DNA of 64,000 nucleotides, from contig OX597819.1 of the NCBI GenBank assembly GCA_951406725.2, positions 89,900,001 through 89,964,000 of the forward strand. The letters are read 5' to 3'. Shown here one piece after another: positions 12,295 to 24,945 of the stretch. Position 1 is the stretch's first letter, and the number at the start of each line of letters is the position of its first letter. The position numbers and the translations under genes are program-made. The DNA comes from Octopus vulgaris (Eukaryota). The notes beneath the pieces were generated by a model that saw only the letters and a list, made by a program, of their open reading frames with translations, did no database searches and was not told the origin of the DNA.

Positions 12295-12730
12295 TCATCA
12301 TCATCATCATCATCGTTTAACGTCCGCTTTCCATGCTAGCATGGGTTGGACCATATATATATATATATATATACGTATGTATGTATGTATGTATGTGTGT
12401 TTATGTATATATATATATTCTCTATGACAAAGTTATTACAGTTTCTAGTTAGTGGTAATCATACATAGTACTATTTCAAGCTTTTCAGGACCCTTCAGTA
12501 TTACTTAAACTGTAAATACGTTACAGTAAAATGAAAGCTGAAATTTTATACATATATATAAGTGCTCTGCTTGTTGTAACCAGAAATGGCTCTGATGAAA
12601 GTACCATTAATTTTTTTAGGTCATTCAAGTTTCTTCAATAGATCAATAGATCAATTGAGTAAACTTATCAGTAATGTATCTATAATGACCGCTGGAAACA
12701 ACTGTTAGCCAAATTTGCTCCAATAAAGGA
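11440..12730 (+). mobile_element. Degenerate Penelope-like 3' region (direct repeats, possible GIY-YIG relic, hammerhead)
   Basis: Diverged direct repeat 11527-11684 vs 12213-12510; a YIGQTG-like remnant near 12030; hammerhead at 12587-12711. Confidence 0.4.
12587..12711 (+). ncRNA. Hammerhead motif with extended stem II
   Basis: TGGCT-CTGATGA-[about 96 nt containing GGTCATT/AATGACC pairing]-GAAA-CAACTG-TT-AGCCA. Confidence 0.5.
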
Positions 12731-12955
12731 AAAATATGTAATGACCAATATTTTAAACTTGTTTCTTATATATATATATATAATTACTGTTAAGTCTATT
12801 GACACCCTGAAGTGAACAGTCATGTTGTTAATGTACCAAAGCTGCAGCACTTCAATAAACAACTGATGAATGAAAACATATATATATATTCCTGTCCCTG
12901 TTGTGTTTTCTTTTGTCCTATTTTCTGTTTTCCTGGTACATACTTTTATTCTATG

Positions 12956-13027
<72 letters not shown>

Positions 13028-13101
13028 TGCACATGTACGTAAACATTTATACAACTATATGTTTGTACACACACACACATATATCTATTGTGCATGTTCT
13101 A

Positions 13102-13310
13102 AGGCGGCAAGCTGGCAGAATGCGTAGCCGTATTTCAACTGCCGTCACATTCTGGGTTCATATTCCGCCGAGGTCGACTTTCCCTTTCATCCTTTCGGGG
13201 TCGATAAATTAAGTACCAGTTACGCACTGGGGTCGATGTAATCGACTCAATCTGTTTGTCTGTCCTTGTTTGTCCTGTCTGTGTTTAGCCCCTTGTGGGT
13301 AGTAAAGAAA
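13102..13310 (+). mobile_element. MetaSINE-like tRNA-derived SINE (monomer)
   Basis: CTTTCATCCTTTCGGGGTCGATAAATTAAGTACCAG resembles the Meta domain; tail CCCCTTGTGGGTAGTAAAGAAATA. Confidence 0.7.
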
Positions 13311-13629
13311 TATATTGTGCATGTTCTGCAGGTTACAACTTTCCATAGGAAACAGCAGGGTTTAGTTTGTTCTTCTGTAACATACACATTTTGTAAACTT
13401 ATTCACCTACAACTGAACAATTTCTTCCTCCACTTTTGCTTTTGTGCCTCAAGTCGGATTCCAGCGTATCACCTGCACACTTCAAGTGGACGATTCACCA
13501 AGTGAGTCTTTCTTTACTTCCTCTTGTCGTACCTGTAGTTGTACTTTGTCCCTCAATATGACATTAGTCATGCTCTATTTGCAGCATGCGTCCTCTATCC
13601 CATCTGTAGCGGTAGTTGCTTCTTTAGAT

Positions 13630-13858
13630 ACACACTGACACACACACACACATACACACACATACACACACACACAACACAGATAACGCATACACCACAG
13701 ATATGGATATATATTTATATATAGATATATATATGTATATATGTGTATGTGTGCATGTGCTGTCTGTGTATCTATATACATACACACATGTGTATATGCA
13801 TATGGATATATATTATATATACATACATATACATATATATATTTTATGTGTACATACA

Positions 13859-13906
<48 letters not shown>

Positions 13907-14300
13907 TGTATGTATGTATAGATGTTTATGTGTGTGTGCATATATATATGTGTGTGTATGTGTATATATATATACACACATGTATGTATATATGTTTATG
14001 TGTGTGTTCATGTGTGTGTGCATATATATATATGTGTGTGTATTTATCTATGCACACACATATATACACACGCAAATATTTCCCATCTGTAGTGTTAGCT
14101 GCTTCTTTACATACACACATACAAAATGCAAACAACACATATACCATAGATATTTATGTATGTATGTATGTATGTATGTATATATGTGTATGTCTATGTG
14201 CATATGCATGTGATCCTGTGTATGTATGTGTATATATGTTTGTGTATGTATATGTAAACACACACAAATATGTGCACACACACACGCACACACGTTTATA
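13630..14300. repeat. Compound (TA)n/(CA)n/(TATG)n microsatellite tract
   Basis: Visible low-complexity purine-pyrimidine alternation. Confidence 0.95.
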
Positions 14301-14667
14301 TACATTCCTTTCATTCTGCTTGTTTTTACATATGTTTTTCTATGCCTACAGGTGTCGGACAAATATATTACTTGAGATATTGTTTTATAGGTTGGATACC
14401 CTTCCTAACACTAATCCTTACTTGTTTTTCGAATAAGGGATTTTTTAATCTACACATCTTTGAAAGACACAAAATGATTGCATGAAATTTTGACAAGGGA
14501 AACAGATGACAGCAATACTGCTTGGTGTAATTTTCATACAAATGACCACAAATGTAAACAAACAAGCCAACACATGCATGCTCACATATATATATATATA
14601 TTTGCAAATACACACACGCACATACACATGATGAACTCTCCCATCAAAGACGACAGCTTTTTTTATT

Positions 14668-15042
14668 TCTCTATTGCCCACAAGGGGCTAAACATAGAGG
14701 GGACAAACAAGGACAGACAAAAGGATTAAGTCGATTACATCAACCCCAGTGTGTAACTGGTACTTAATTTATTAACCCCGGAAGGATGAAAGGCTAAGTC
14801 GACCTCAGCAGATGAAATACCTATTTCGTTACTACCCACAAGGGGCTAAACACAGAGAGGACAAACAAGGACAGGCAAATGGATTAAGTCGATTACATCG
14901 ACCTCAGTGTGTAACTGTTACTTAATTTATTGACCCCGAAAGGATGAAATGCTAAATCGACCTTGGCGGAATTTGAACTCAGAACGTAGAGGCAGACGAA
15001 ATACCGCTAAGCATTTCACCCAGCGTGCTAACGTTTCTGCCA
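14668..15042 (-). mobile_element. Dimeric MetaSINE-like element
   Basis: Two tandem Meta-domain monomers with the same junction as at 33017-33432. Confidence 0.7.
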
Positions 15043-15271
15043 AATGACCTGCATAAATGATTCGTTTATAGTGATCAAATTCTCGTGCTACACATTAGCT
15101 CACTCTCTCCAACAAATCGATGTTATCTGAACAGGTGCATTGTGTACCATGCGTCAGGTGTTGAAGTGATTGCAGGCAACACAACATGAAGCATTTTGCT
15201 CAAGAACACAGCGCATCACCCAGTCTAGGAATTGAAACCACAATCTAGCAATCTAGGCCATTCACCCTCAA

Positions 15272-15318
<47 letters not shown>

Positions 15319-15324
15319 TGTGTG

Positions 15325-15370
<46 letters not shown>

Positions 15371-15784
15371 TACACACACATCCATATGGGTTTTCAAATT
15401 CTGTCTGCCACATCTACCTATAATGCTTTGCAGAACTTACCATTGCAAGGTGCTGCACATTTATTGTGTTTAGGCTTGCAATATAAAATAAGTGTGCATA
15501 CTAGAGTGTAAAATTAGACATTCTAGAGTATAACAAAACAATTGTGTAGAAGGTGAAAATATAAATTGTGCAGTTACAGATGGAATCTGATGATTGGGTG
15601 TGACGGTTTGGACACTGGCGATTTGACATAGTTGACTGAACACAGAACCTGTTTTGACAACTGTACATTTTGGCACTGGAGGTAAATATGCATACACATA
15701 AACACACAGAAATATACACATACATAGGTGCAAGAGTGGCTCATAACATGCAGGAGTGGCTTTATAGGTGCAGGAGTGACTATA

Positions 15785-15942
15785 GGCGCAAGAGTGGCTG
15801 TGTAGTAAGTAGCTTGCTTACCAGCCACCCGGTTCCAGGTTCAGTTCCACAATGTGGCTCCTTGTGGAAGTGTCTTCTACTATAGCTTCAGGCCAACCAA
15901 AGCCTTGTGAGTGGATTTGGTAGATGGAAACTGAAAGAAGGT

Positions 15943-15985
<43 letters not shown>

Positions 15986-16165
15986 TGTATGTCTGTGTTT
16001 GTCCCACCACCATTGCTTGACAACTGATGTTGGTGTGTTTATGTCCCCGTAACTTAGCAGTTCAACAAAAAGAGACCAATATAATAAGTACTTGGCTTAC
16101 AAAGAATAAATCCTGGGGTCGATTTGCTACAGTTAAATTACTAAAACAAACAAAAGAATAAAAGA
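15785..16165 (+). mobile_element. CORE-like SINE (dominant family)
   Basis: Head, core, (TA)n and tail; preceded by three extra copies of its first ~19 nt. Confidence 0.8.
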
Positions 16166-17111
16166 ATACAGATAGAGAGAGTGAGAGAGAGAGAAAGAGA
16201 GAGAGAACATTACAGTTTATTGAACATGATTGACATAAAGACTTTTCCTCTCTTTGTGCACATAAAAGGAAATGTACTCACACACATAAAGAGAGAGAGA
16301 GAGAAAGAGAGAATAAGAAGAACATTGATTTCAAATTTTGGCACAAGGCCAACAGTTTTTGAGGAGAATGAATGAGTTAATTACATTGGCCCCTGGTACT
16401 CAAGACCAGGCAAGGCTGTTTGTGGAAGACCAGCAGTCATTCATGCATACCAGCCTCCCCTCTGAACAGCACCAGTGTTATCCAAGGGAAAGGCAAAGGC
16501 CTACACAGCTTGGCACCAGTATTGTCACAACTCATTTCTACAGGCGAGTGAACTGGAGCAACATGAAATAATGTCTTGCTCAAGAACACAACACACAGCC
16601 CAGTCCAGGAATAGAACTTACAACCTTACAATTTAAAGCCCAATGCTCTAACCACTGAGCCATGCACCTTCAATAATAATAATAATAATAATAATAACAG
16701 CAGAATCAAAGTAATCATTGCTGCTTGGACCATAAGACCACTAACTAGAGAGACTAAAGTATAACATCATCATCATTCTATCATCCACTTTTCTATGGTC
16801 ACACAGAGTTCATTGAGGTAGATTTACTAAGGCTGGATGCCTTTCCTGTTGCCAACCATCGCCTATTTTTAAGCAAGGTATTATTACACCATGGCCAGAC
16901 ATCCTTTCACAGAATATTGGAAATTAATGATGCTGCTTATATGAAAATGATACTCATTTAAAAATATCATGTGACATCAAGGCACTCATTTTTTTTTTTC
17001 TTTTGATGAAGGACTATTGTCCGAAACAGCAAAACTTTTTTGTCTTTCTAAGCATTAAACTAATATAACTTTTGTTATAACATGCCCTTCTCTCTCTGTT
17101 TTCTTCATTGC

Positions 17112-17161
<50 letters not shown>

Positions 17162-17163
<2 letters not shown>

Positions 17164-17365
17164 GGAGTAAGCACATAAATGTGAAACAAGGTGGAAAAAG
17201 AGTACTCAAATACCAGAGGTAGAATAATATGCTTTATTTAAAAGCAACAGAAATATAACAAAAGCTGTTACTCAGAGTTTCACGTTCATGTTCAACTGTC
17301 TGACAAACAGGAATGTGAAACTCTGAGTAACAGCTTTTGTTATATTTCTGCTGCTTTTAAATAAA

Positions 17366-17366
<1 letters not shown>
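17162..17366. mobile_element. Second copy of the palindromic hammerhead element in (TA)n
   Basis: Same CCGGAGTAA.CACATAAATGTGAAACAAGGTGG start; + arm reads CTGT-CTGACAA-ACAGGAATGT-GAAA-CTCTGAG-TA-ACAG at 17296-17333. Confidence 0.75.
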
Positions 17367-17403
<37 letters not shown>

Positions 17404-17909
17404 TTGTCCTTTCAGGTGCCAGTGCCACATAAAAAGTACCTGTACTGGAGGTCTGTAAATGCACCTGTGCTGGTGGGATGTAAAAGGTACCCAGCACACT
17501 CTGTTAAGTAGCTGATGTTAGGAAGGGCATCCAGCCATAGAAATCATGCCACAACAGACAATTGGAACCGGGACAGCTCCATGTCAAACCATCCAACCCA
17601 TGCCACCATGGAAAGTAGATGTTAAACAATGATGATGATGATATATGTATGCACAGACAGCTAGATAGAGACAGCTGTAACAGGCTTCTTTCAGTTTCCA
17701 CCTACCAAATTCACTCACAAGTTTTTAGCTGGGCTGAAGCTGTAGTAGAAAACACTTTCCCAGGGTGACATGCAGTGGCACTGATCTCAAGCTTATGTGC
17801 TTGAGAAGCTAAGTTAATAACTGTACAGCCACGAAGAGGACTTTGAAAGCTCAGTCTTGTAATCAGGAGTAGTATACACATTTCAGACTTGATATACATC
17901 AACTGTGCA

Positions 17910-18282
17910 GGTGCTATGGCCCAGTGGTTAAGGCAGCAGACTCACAGTCATGGGATCGCAGTTTCAATTCCCAGACTAGGCGTTGTGAGTGTTTATTGAG
18001 TTAAAGCACCTAAAATTACATGAGGCTCTGGCAGGGGGTGATGGCGAACCCTGCTGTACTCTTTCACCACAACTTTCTCCCACTCTTTCTTCCTGTTTCT
18101 GTTGTACCTGTGTTTCAAAAGGCCAGCCTTGTCACACTCTGTGTCATGCTGAATCTCCCCGAGAACTACATTAAACGTACACGTGTCTGTGAAGTGCTCA
18201 TCCACTTGCATGTTAATTTCACAAGCAGGTTGTTCCATTGATCGGATCAACCCTTGTTGCCATAACCGATGGAGTGCCACGA
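17910..18282 (+). mobile_element. tRNA-derived SINE (Nin/Deu-like central motif)
   Basis: TGGCCCAGTGG A box; CCACTTGCATGTTAATTTCACAAGCAGG motif; homologous to 38716-39086. Confidence 0.7.
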
Positions 18283-18954
18283 TATTAAAATGTGTATTTG
18301 CATATTCAATAATTATATCACATGTAAGAAGTAAAACCACATACAGTAGATAGTAAAAATTAGATATACACTCACTCTAATGATAACTATATAGATGACA
18401 CTTGCATTGAAGAATTCTTACAGATTGATAACAGAACACAATGTAACTAAAACCATTTAATACCTTCTATCTCAGTGGGGAGATAGTGGGGAAGGAATTA
18501 AGTCGATTACATCGACTCCAGTGTGTAACTGGTACTTATTTAATTGACCCCAAAAGGATGAAAGGCAAAGTAGACCGCAGTGGAATTTGAACTCAGAACA
18601 CGAAGATAGACGAAATACCGCAAAGCATTTTACCTTGTGTGCTAACGATTCTGCCAGTTTTCCACTTTAATAATAATAATAATAATAGTAATCCTTTCTA
18701 CTATAGGCACAAGGCCTGAAATTTATATAGAGGAGCTAGTCGATTACATTGATTCCAGTGCTCAGTTGGTACTTATTTTATTAACCCCCAAAAGGATCAG
18801 TCAACCTCTGCAAGGTTTGAACTCAGAATGTAAAAAATCAGAAAAAATACCCCTAAACATTTCTTCTGGTGTAGTAACAATTCTGCCATCTCAGTCATGA
18901 TTAATGAGACTACCAATAATAATAAAAGCAATAACAACAGTAATACTAATAATG

Positions 18955-19500
18955 AAAGCATGTGGTTTAGTAATTAGGGAGTGCAGCTCATGGTCATAAG
19001 GTCATGAGTTCAATACCTGGTGGGGCATTGTATCCTTAAGCAAGACACTTTATTTCACATTGCTCCAGTCGACTCGACTGACATAAATGAGTAGTATTTG
19101 TATTTCAAAGGGCCAGCCTTGTCACATTCTGTGTCATACTGAATCTCCCTGAGAACTGCATTAACCTTTTCAATACCAACCTGACTGAAACTGGCTCTGG
19201 CTCTGTAGTACAAATGTCTTGTTTTCATAAATCTTGAATTAAAATCTTCCACCAAACCTTAGTTACAATTTATGTTCCTAACACTAGTTTAATGATAACT
19301 GAGTTATTTTATTAAATTCTTTGTTATCTCTAAAATTAATTGAAAGGAACACAGAGCATCTCAAAATAAATATGGTAACAAAAGGGTTAAGGGTACATGT
19401 GTCTATGGAGTACTCAGCCACTTGTGCATTAATTTCACAAGCAGAATGTTCCATTGATCGGATTAACTGGAATTCTCATTGTTGTAACCGATGGAGTGCT
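18955..19500 (+). mobile_element. SINE of the 38716 family split by a piggyBac-like MITE
   Basis: Consensus GAGAACTACG-TTAA-GGGTAC is interrupted exactly at TTAA. Confidence 0.75.
19165..19386. mobile_element. piggyBac-like MITE
   Basis: TTAA at 19161-19164 and 19387-19390; homologous to 148-367. Confidence 0.8.
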
Positions 19501-19779
19501 AGTTTCATAATAATGATCAGTGCAAGCGATAGAGATGGGGGCACATATAAACCACTAAACAAAGATACATACGCCATTAATTCATAACATGCGCATGCAA
19601 ATACACACATGCTTCCAAACACTTGCACATAAAACATATATGCACATGCACCAACATTCACAGGCACACACATGCATGTATACTTGCTTTCACACTCATA
19701 GATATGCACATAGATGCACACATGGCAAGAGAGCAAAAAGGTAAGGAGGGAGAAGTTATATATGTATATATATATATAT

Positions 19780-20212
19780 AACTAAATTCGATTAGAAAGG
19801 ATGGTTTCATCCTATGAAATACTGGTTTAATGCCTAGTATTTTGGGGGAATTAATTTCCTTAAAATTAATATAAAAACATAGTTCATATTCATACAAAAG
19901 AAGAAAAAGAGAATGGAGATTGAGAAGTAAATAATTGTTTATTATTAACAGCAAATTAATAACCTTCACCTACAGTTGTTTCAATGAATACCCAGTAAAT
20001 ATTAAATTTATATTTATATGACTGAGCATAATATCTTCAGAGAGGAAAATAAACTATACTCTTAGTTGTTTTATATGTGTTTATGGATTCATTATAACAG
20101 TCTGCTATAATGAACCCATAATGCACAAATCATATAAATATATATTTAATATTTAGTGAGTATTAACTGAAACAGCTGTAAGTGAAGATGATTAGTTTGC
20201 TGTAAATAATAT
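19780..20212. mobile_element. PLE-style inverted-repeat element with an extended-stem-II hammerhead (minus, 19965-20046)
   Basis: Arms about 19940-20030/20130-20212; minus strand reads CTGAAGA...ATGCTCAGT/ACTGGGTAT stem...GAAA-CAACTG-TA; + arm has GAAACAGCTGTA. Confidence 0.55.
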
Positions 20213-20310
20213 CTTCTTCTTCTTCTTCTTCCTCTTCCTCCTCCCCCTCCTCCTTCTTCTTCTTCTTCTTCTTCTTCTTCTTCTTCTTCTTCTTCTTCTT
20301 CTTCTTCTTC
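20212..20310. repeat. (CTT)n microsatellite
   Basis: Seen directly. Confidence 0.95.
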
Positions 20311-20334
20311 ATTGAAAGAAGGATAAAGTTTTTT

Positions 20335-20965
20335 TCCTGGAGGTTTTCATAACCTCCTAGTTGACAATTTAACTTGTCGACACTACCCCCAATATGAAAT
20401 ATGGCTTCATAACCTAATAAAATCTTCATGAAGTAGTCTGTCTCACTGGCTTTTGAGTCAATGATGTGTATACATATTGCCAGTCTTATGCATTTCACAT
20501 CATCAAGGTAATATCTGAACCATTGATAAGGTGGCAAATTGGCAGAACTGTTAGCACACCAGGCAAAATGCTTCGCAGTATTTCGTCCATCTTAATGTGT
20601 TGAGTTCAAATTCTGCCAAGGTCAGTTTTGCCTTTCATCTTTTTAGGGTCAATAAAGCAATTACCAGTTAAGTCATTGAGTAACCCACCCATCCCCCGAA
20701 TTAACTGGCCTTGTCCCAAAATTTGGAACCAATATCTGAACCATTGACAAATGAAAACTTTTCATGTCACTAAATTTTAGCTTTGAATATAACTACAGGA
20801 ACCAGAGGGCACATTTAAAGCAGCCTGATGTATTGAACTGCATAGATTTTGTTGAAAGTGAATCATAATAGAGGCTGGGTTTCACTGTGATTAGTTGGTC
20901 CTCCAGACTTAAGCAGCTCTTCAACTGTATCTGTAGTTTTAAATTGCTTGAAAGTATCACAAATA
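20335..20965 (-). pseudogene. Tc1/mariner-superfamily transposase relic, interrupted by a SINE
   Basis: KQFKTTDTVEE..KSGGP (HTH/GRP-like) and KILLGYEAIFHIGGSVDKLNCQLGGYEN (FSDEA.FHL.G.VNKQNCR.WG.EN-like). Confidence 0.6.
20527..20730 (+). mobile_element. MetaSINE-like SINE with 17-bp TSD
   Basis: AATATCTGAACCATTGA at 20510-20526 and 20731-20747. Confidence 0.8.
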
Positions 20966-21259
20966 AGTGTGGAAACGAAATTTTTTAGAGGGTGCAAACC
21001 CAAATCCAACCCAAAATGTTCAAAGTGTTTTCATTGCTCCCCTCCCCCGAATTTTAGGGGGTGCAAATGCACTCCCTATTTCCAAGGCTTTTATCGCAAA
21101 TGGTGGCTTGGATAGTAGCGTTCTGATGTATCTCTTGCTTCCACAGACTTTGGACTCTTACACTTGATTCATTATGTGGCATATTTAGTATAATGAATAG
21201 AATATTCTCTTGTCTTCTGATAATAACAATTTTCTAAAATATATGAAATAATATATTAC

Positions 21260-21291
<32 letters not shown>

Positions 21292-21309
21292 TGTGTGTGT
21301 ATACATATA

Positions 21310-21362
<53 letters not shown>

Positions 21363-21724
21363 CGACCAGAACAGCAAAGATGTATTGAAAATACTTAACA
21401 ACAGAACTGTAATAAAATAAAAAGTGTATACACTATTTAAATGATAAAGAGAATTCAAAATCGCCTCATACACATACATACACACATACATACATGCATG
21501 CATGCATGCATGCATACATACATACATACATACATACATACATACATACATACATACGTGTGTATGTGTGTGTGTGTATGCATATGTGTGTATATATTAC
21601 TTCAGATAGTTTTTATTTATATTTTGGCATCATTTGTGCTTGCTTTAAAGTTTCTCCAATATTTAGCAAAATCTGTTTTTCTCTGTTATTGCTAAGCTAA
21701 TATATCACCATTTTCTAGCGAGTA

Positions 21725-21995
<271 letters not shown>

Positions 21996-22529
21996 TATAT
22001 TCCTTTTTTTTTTTTGCTTTAGCTTTTTTCTGCTTGTGTAATAGTAAAAATTTTCGATGTTTTTTGTGGCGGGTTCCATCTGTAATATTCATTGTTCTCT
22101 CCTCCCTGCCTCCCTCCCTCCCTCCCTCTCACTTACAATAATTGCCCCCACCGCCACCACCACTACCACCACCACCATCATCATCACCCCACCATCAACT
22201 CTGCTTTTGCTGTTTGGTTTATATTGCATGACTCTTGTCTATTTATCGGGAGTTATCTATTCATGGCATCTGTCAAAGGCATTGTTGAAATTTTCCCCAT
22301 CTTCTCTCTTATTGTAGTGTTTACTTTTCATTTACAGGTATTAATTAAAGACGAATTAACCATCAGAAGTGGAATGATATCTGTCAGTGCAAAAATGTTC
22401 CTTTTTCTTATTTTATTTTATTTATTTATTTTCTTATTTTATTTATTTATTTTTTGGAAGAGTTTCAGCCAAAAAAATGCCAAGCACTTTGCAATATTTG
22501 CTGCACTATATTCTTCTTCTGAATCAATG

Positions 22530-22641
22530 ATGAGCAGTAGTGATGGTGGCGGTGGCTGCATCAATGGCAGTGGTGGTGGTAGTGGCGGTGATGGTGGTGA
22601 TGGTGGTGGTGGTGGTGGTGGTGGTGGTGGTGGTGGTGGTG

Positions 22642-22703
<62 letters not shown>

Positions 22704-22960
22704 GGTGTAAGGGAGGTATGTAGTGGTAATAGTAGTACTGGTGGTGATGGTGGTGGTAGTAGTGGTTGTAGTGGTGGTGGTGGTGGTGGTGGTGATGGTA
22801 GTAGTAGTTGTGATGTAAGGGAGGTATGTAGTGGCAATAGTAGTACTGGTGGTGGTGGTGTTGTAGTAGTAGTAGTAGTAGTTGTGGTGTAATGGAGGTA
22901 TGTAGTGGTAATAGTAGTACTGGTGGTGGTGGTGGTGGTGGTGGTGGTGGTGGTAGGATG
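22530..22960. repeat. (GGT)n/(AGT)n compound repeat with 3 copies of GTAAKGGAGGTATGTAGTGGYAATAGTAGTACTGGTGG
   Basis: Seen directly. Confidence 0.9.
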
Positions 22961-23344
22961 AGGAAGAAGAAGAAGAGTAAGAACAAGAACAATGATATTA
23001 AAAAAAAATAATAAATTACACAAGAATTATTAAGGGTTGTTTTCTTTCAGCTTTTTGTTGTTATTGTTGTTTCGTATTGTTGTTGTTTCGTTTCGGTTCC
23101 TGGGTGACTAAATAAAACCCTGAAAAGCTCAGGCTCAGAGAGAAATTGGCAGCTGGCTGCATATAGTGTGTACAGCGGCTTTCAAGTGGAATGCATGGGA
23201 ATAGATCACTTCAGCTGTATGTAATCATAATAGAAGTTGATAGACACGGCAGAGAACAGAGGGCCATGGGCTGGAGCTGACGACGTTGGGGGCTGGAACG
23301 GGAGCTGGGGGCCAGTTGATTGAATAAGCAGCAGCTTGACTTAC

Positions 23345-23370
23345 CTTACATTCCATTCATCCTGCTATAC
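23345..23370 (-). other. Candidate 26-nt exon of an unidentified host gene
   Basis: Acceptor T-rich..cattacag| then GTATAGCAGGATGAATGGAATGTAAG |gtaagt perfect donor; flanked by unique non-repetitive sequence. Confidence 0.5.
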
Positions 23371-23769
23371 CTGTAATGTTATTTAGGTAATAAAAAAAAA
23401 AGACCACCTATAATATTAGCAGTACTTTACTGATGCATATATCCATATATATATATGTATGGATAAATGTGTATATGTATGTATTCTCACAAAACACTGG
23501 CATACCTCATAAATATATGTATGTCATATGGATGTTAAAGAGGATTTACATACATCAGACATGACACATTTCTAATACAAAGGTGTGTTGATTTTTTTTT
23601 TTATTTGTGTTATAATACAAAATATAGAATGAATGAATAAATAAATAAACACACACAGACATATATATAATTATATTATATTTGTATGTATATTACATAC
23701 ATATATTACATACATGCACCACACACACACACACATATCTATATACATATATACAATGTATATATATGT

Positions 23770-23995
23770 CAGAACGCCATGATAGACTGTTAGCTCCTAC
23801 ACGCATTTTTTCTCTCCTTTTTTTCTCTCCTTGTTTCTCTCCTTGTTTCTTTTCTGTGTATCTTTCTGTCGAAGAGCGTAGACTCGAAACATAAAAGACT
23901 TGTTCTATTTCTATTCCTGAGCGCCATACTAATACATTTGTTTGTTTGTACTCCACCTGCCTTCGTCTTTTGTTTATTTTCGGAACCCTTCCCAT
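23770..23995 (+). mobile_element. (TA)n-associated element with a degenerate hammerhead
   Basis: TCTTT-CTGTCGA-A-GAGC(GTAG)ACTC-GAAA-CA-TA-AAAGA near 23861-23898; related 3' parts at 11325-11435(-), 17020-17115 and 37705-37820. Confidence 0.55.
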
Positions 23996-24009
23996 TATAT
24001 ATATATATA

Positions 24010-24300
24010 TCATCATCATCATCATCGTCGTTTAGCGTCCGTTTTCCATGCTAGCATGGGTTGGACGGTTCTACTGGGGTCTGTGAAGCCAGAAGGCTTC
24101 ATCAGGCCCAGTCAAATCTGGCAGTGTTTCTGCGGCTGGATGCCCTTCCTAACGCCAACCACTCCGTGAGTGTAGTGGGTGCTTTTTACGTGCCACCCGC
24201 ACAGGTGCCAGACAGAGCTGGCAAACGGCCACGAACAGATGGTGCTTTTTATGTGCCACCGGCACGAGGGCCAGGCGAGGCTGGCAACGGACACGAAACG
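24010..24300 (-). mobile_element. RTE-type 3' end with (GAT)n tail
   Basis: Reverse-complement of the 2915 family. Confidence 0.75.
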
Positions 24301-24419
24301 GGGCAGTGTATATACGTACATATATAAATATATGTATACATACATGCATATATATATATATGCTTGGAAATGGATGTGTAGAGTTCAATCAAATAATGAT
24401 ATGAATAATATATATATAT

Positions 24420-24945
24420 ATCATCATCATCATAGTTTAATGTCCATTTTCCATGCTAGCATGGATTGGACGATTTAACTGAGGACTGGCAAACCAGATA
24501 CCTGCACCAGGCTCCAATCTGATCTGGCAAAGTTTCTACAGCTGGATGCCCTTCCTAACGCCAACCACTCCGAGAGTGTAGTGGGTGCTTTTATGTGCCA
24601 CTGGCACAAGGGCCAGTCTGGCAGTACTGGCAATGGTCACACTCAAATGGTGTTTTTTACATGCCACATGCACAGGAGTTATTCCAGAGGCCCTGGCAAT
24701 GACCTCGCTCGAATGTTCTGTTCACATTCCACTGGCACAAGTGCCAGTAAAGCGATGCTGGTAATGATCACACTCAAAATGGTGCTTTTTACGTGCAACT
24801 GGCACGGAAGCCAGACAGCTGCTGTGGCAGTGATCCCGCTCAGATAGAGCTGTTAGTGCTCCACTGGCACGGGTGCCAGTCATCGAATTTGGTTCAATTT
24901 CGATTTCACTTGCCCCAAGAGGTCTTCGCAGTCACAAGCAGTAAA
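24420..24945 (-). mobile_element. Longer RTE-type 3' end with tandem units
   Basis: About 5 degenerate GTGGCACRTAAAA units; 5' part reads ...GAAGACC..GCAAGTGAAATCG, possibly the ORF end. Confidence 0.7.

Noticed and set aside
22092-23023. 266-aa Gly/Ser-rich and 194-aa Pro/Leu-rich ORFs
   Set aside because: They are open only because of (GGT)n/(AGT)n repeats and have no domain; more likely UTR or intron.
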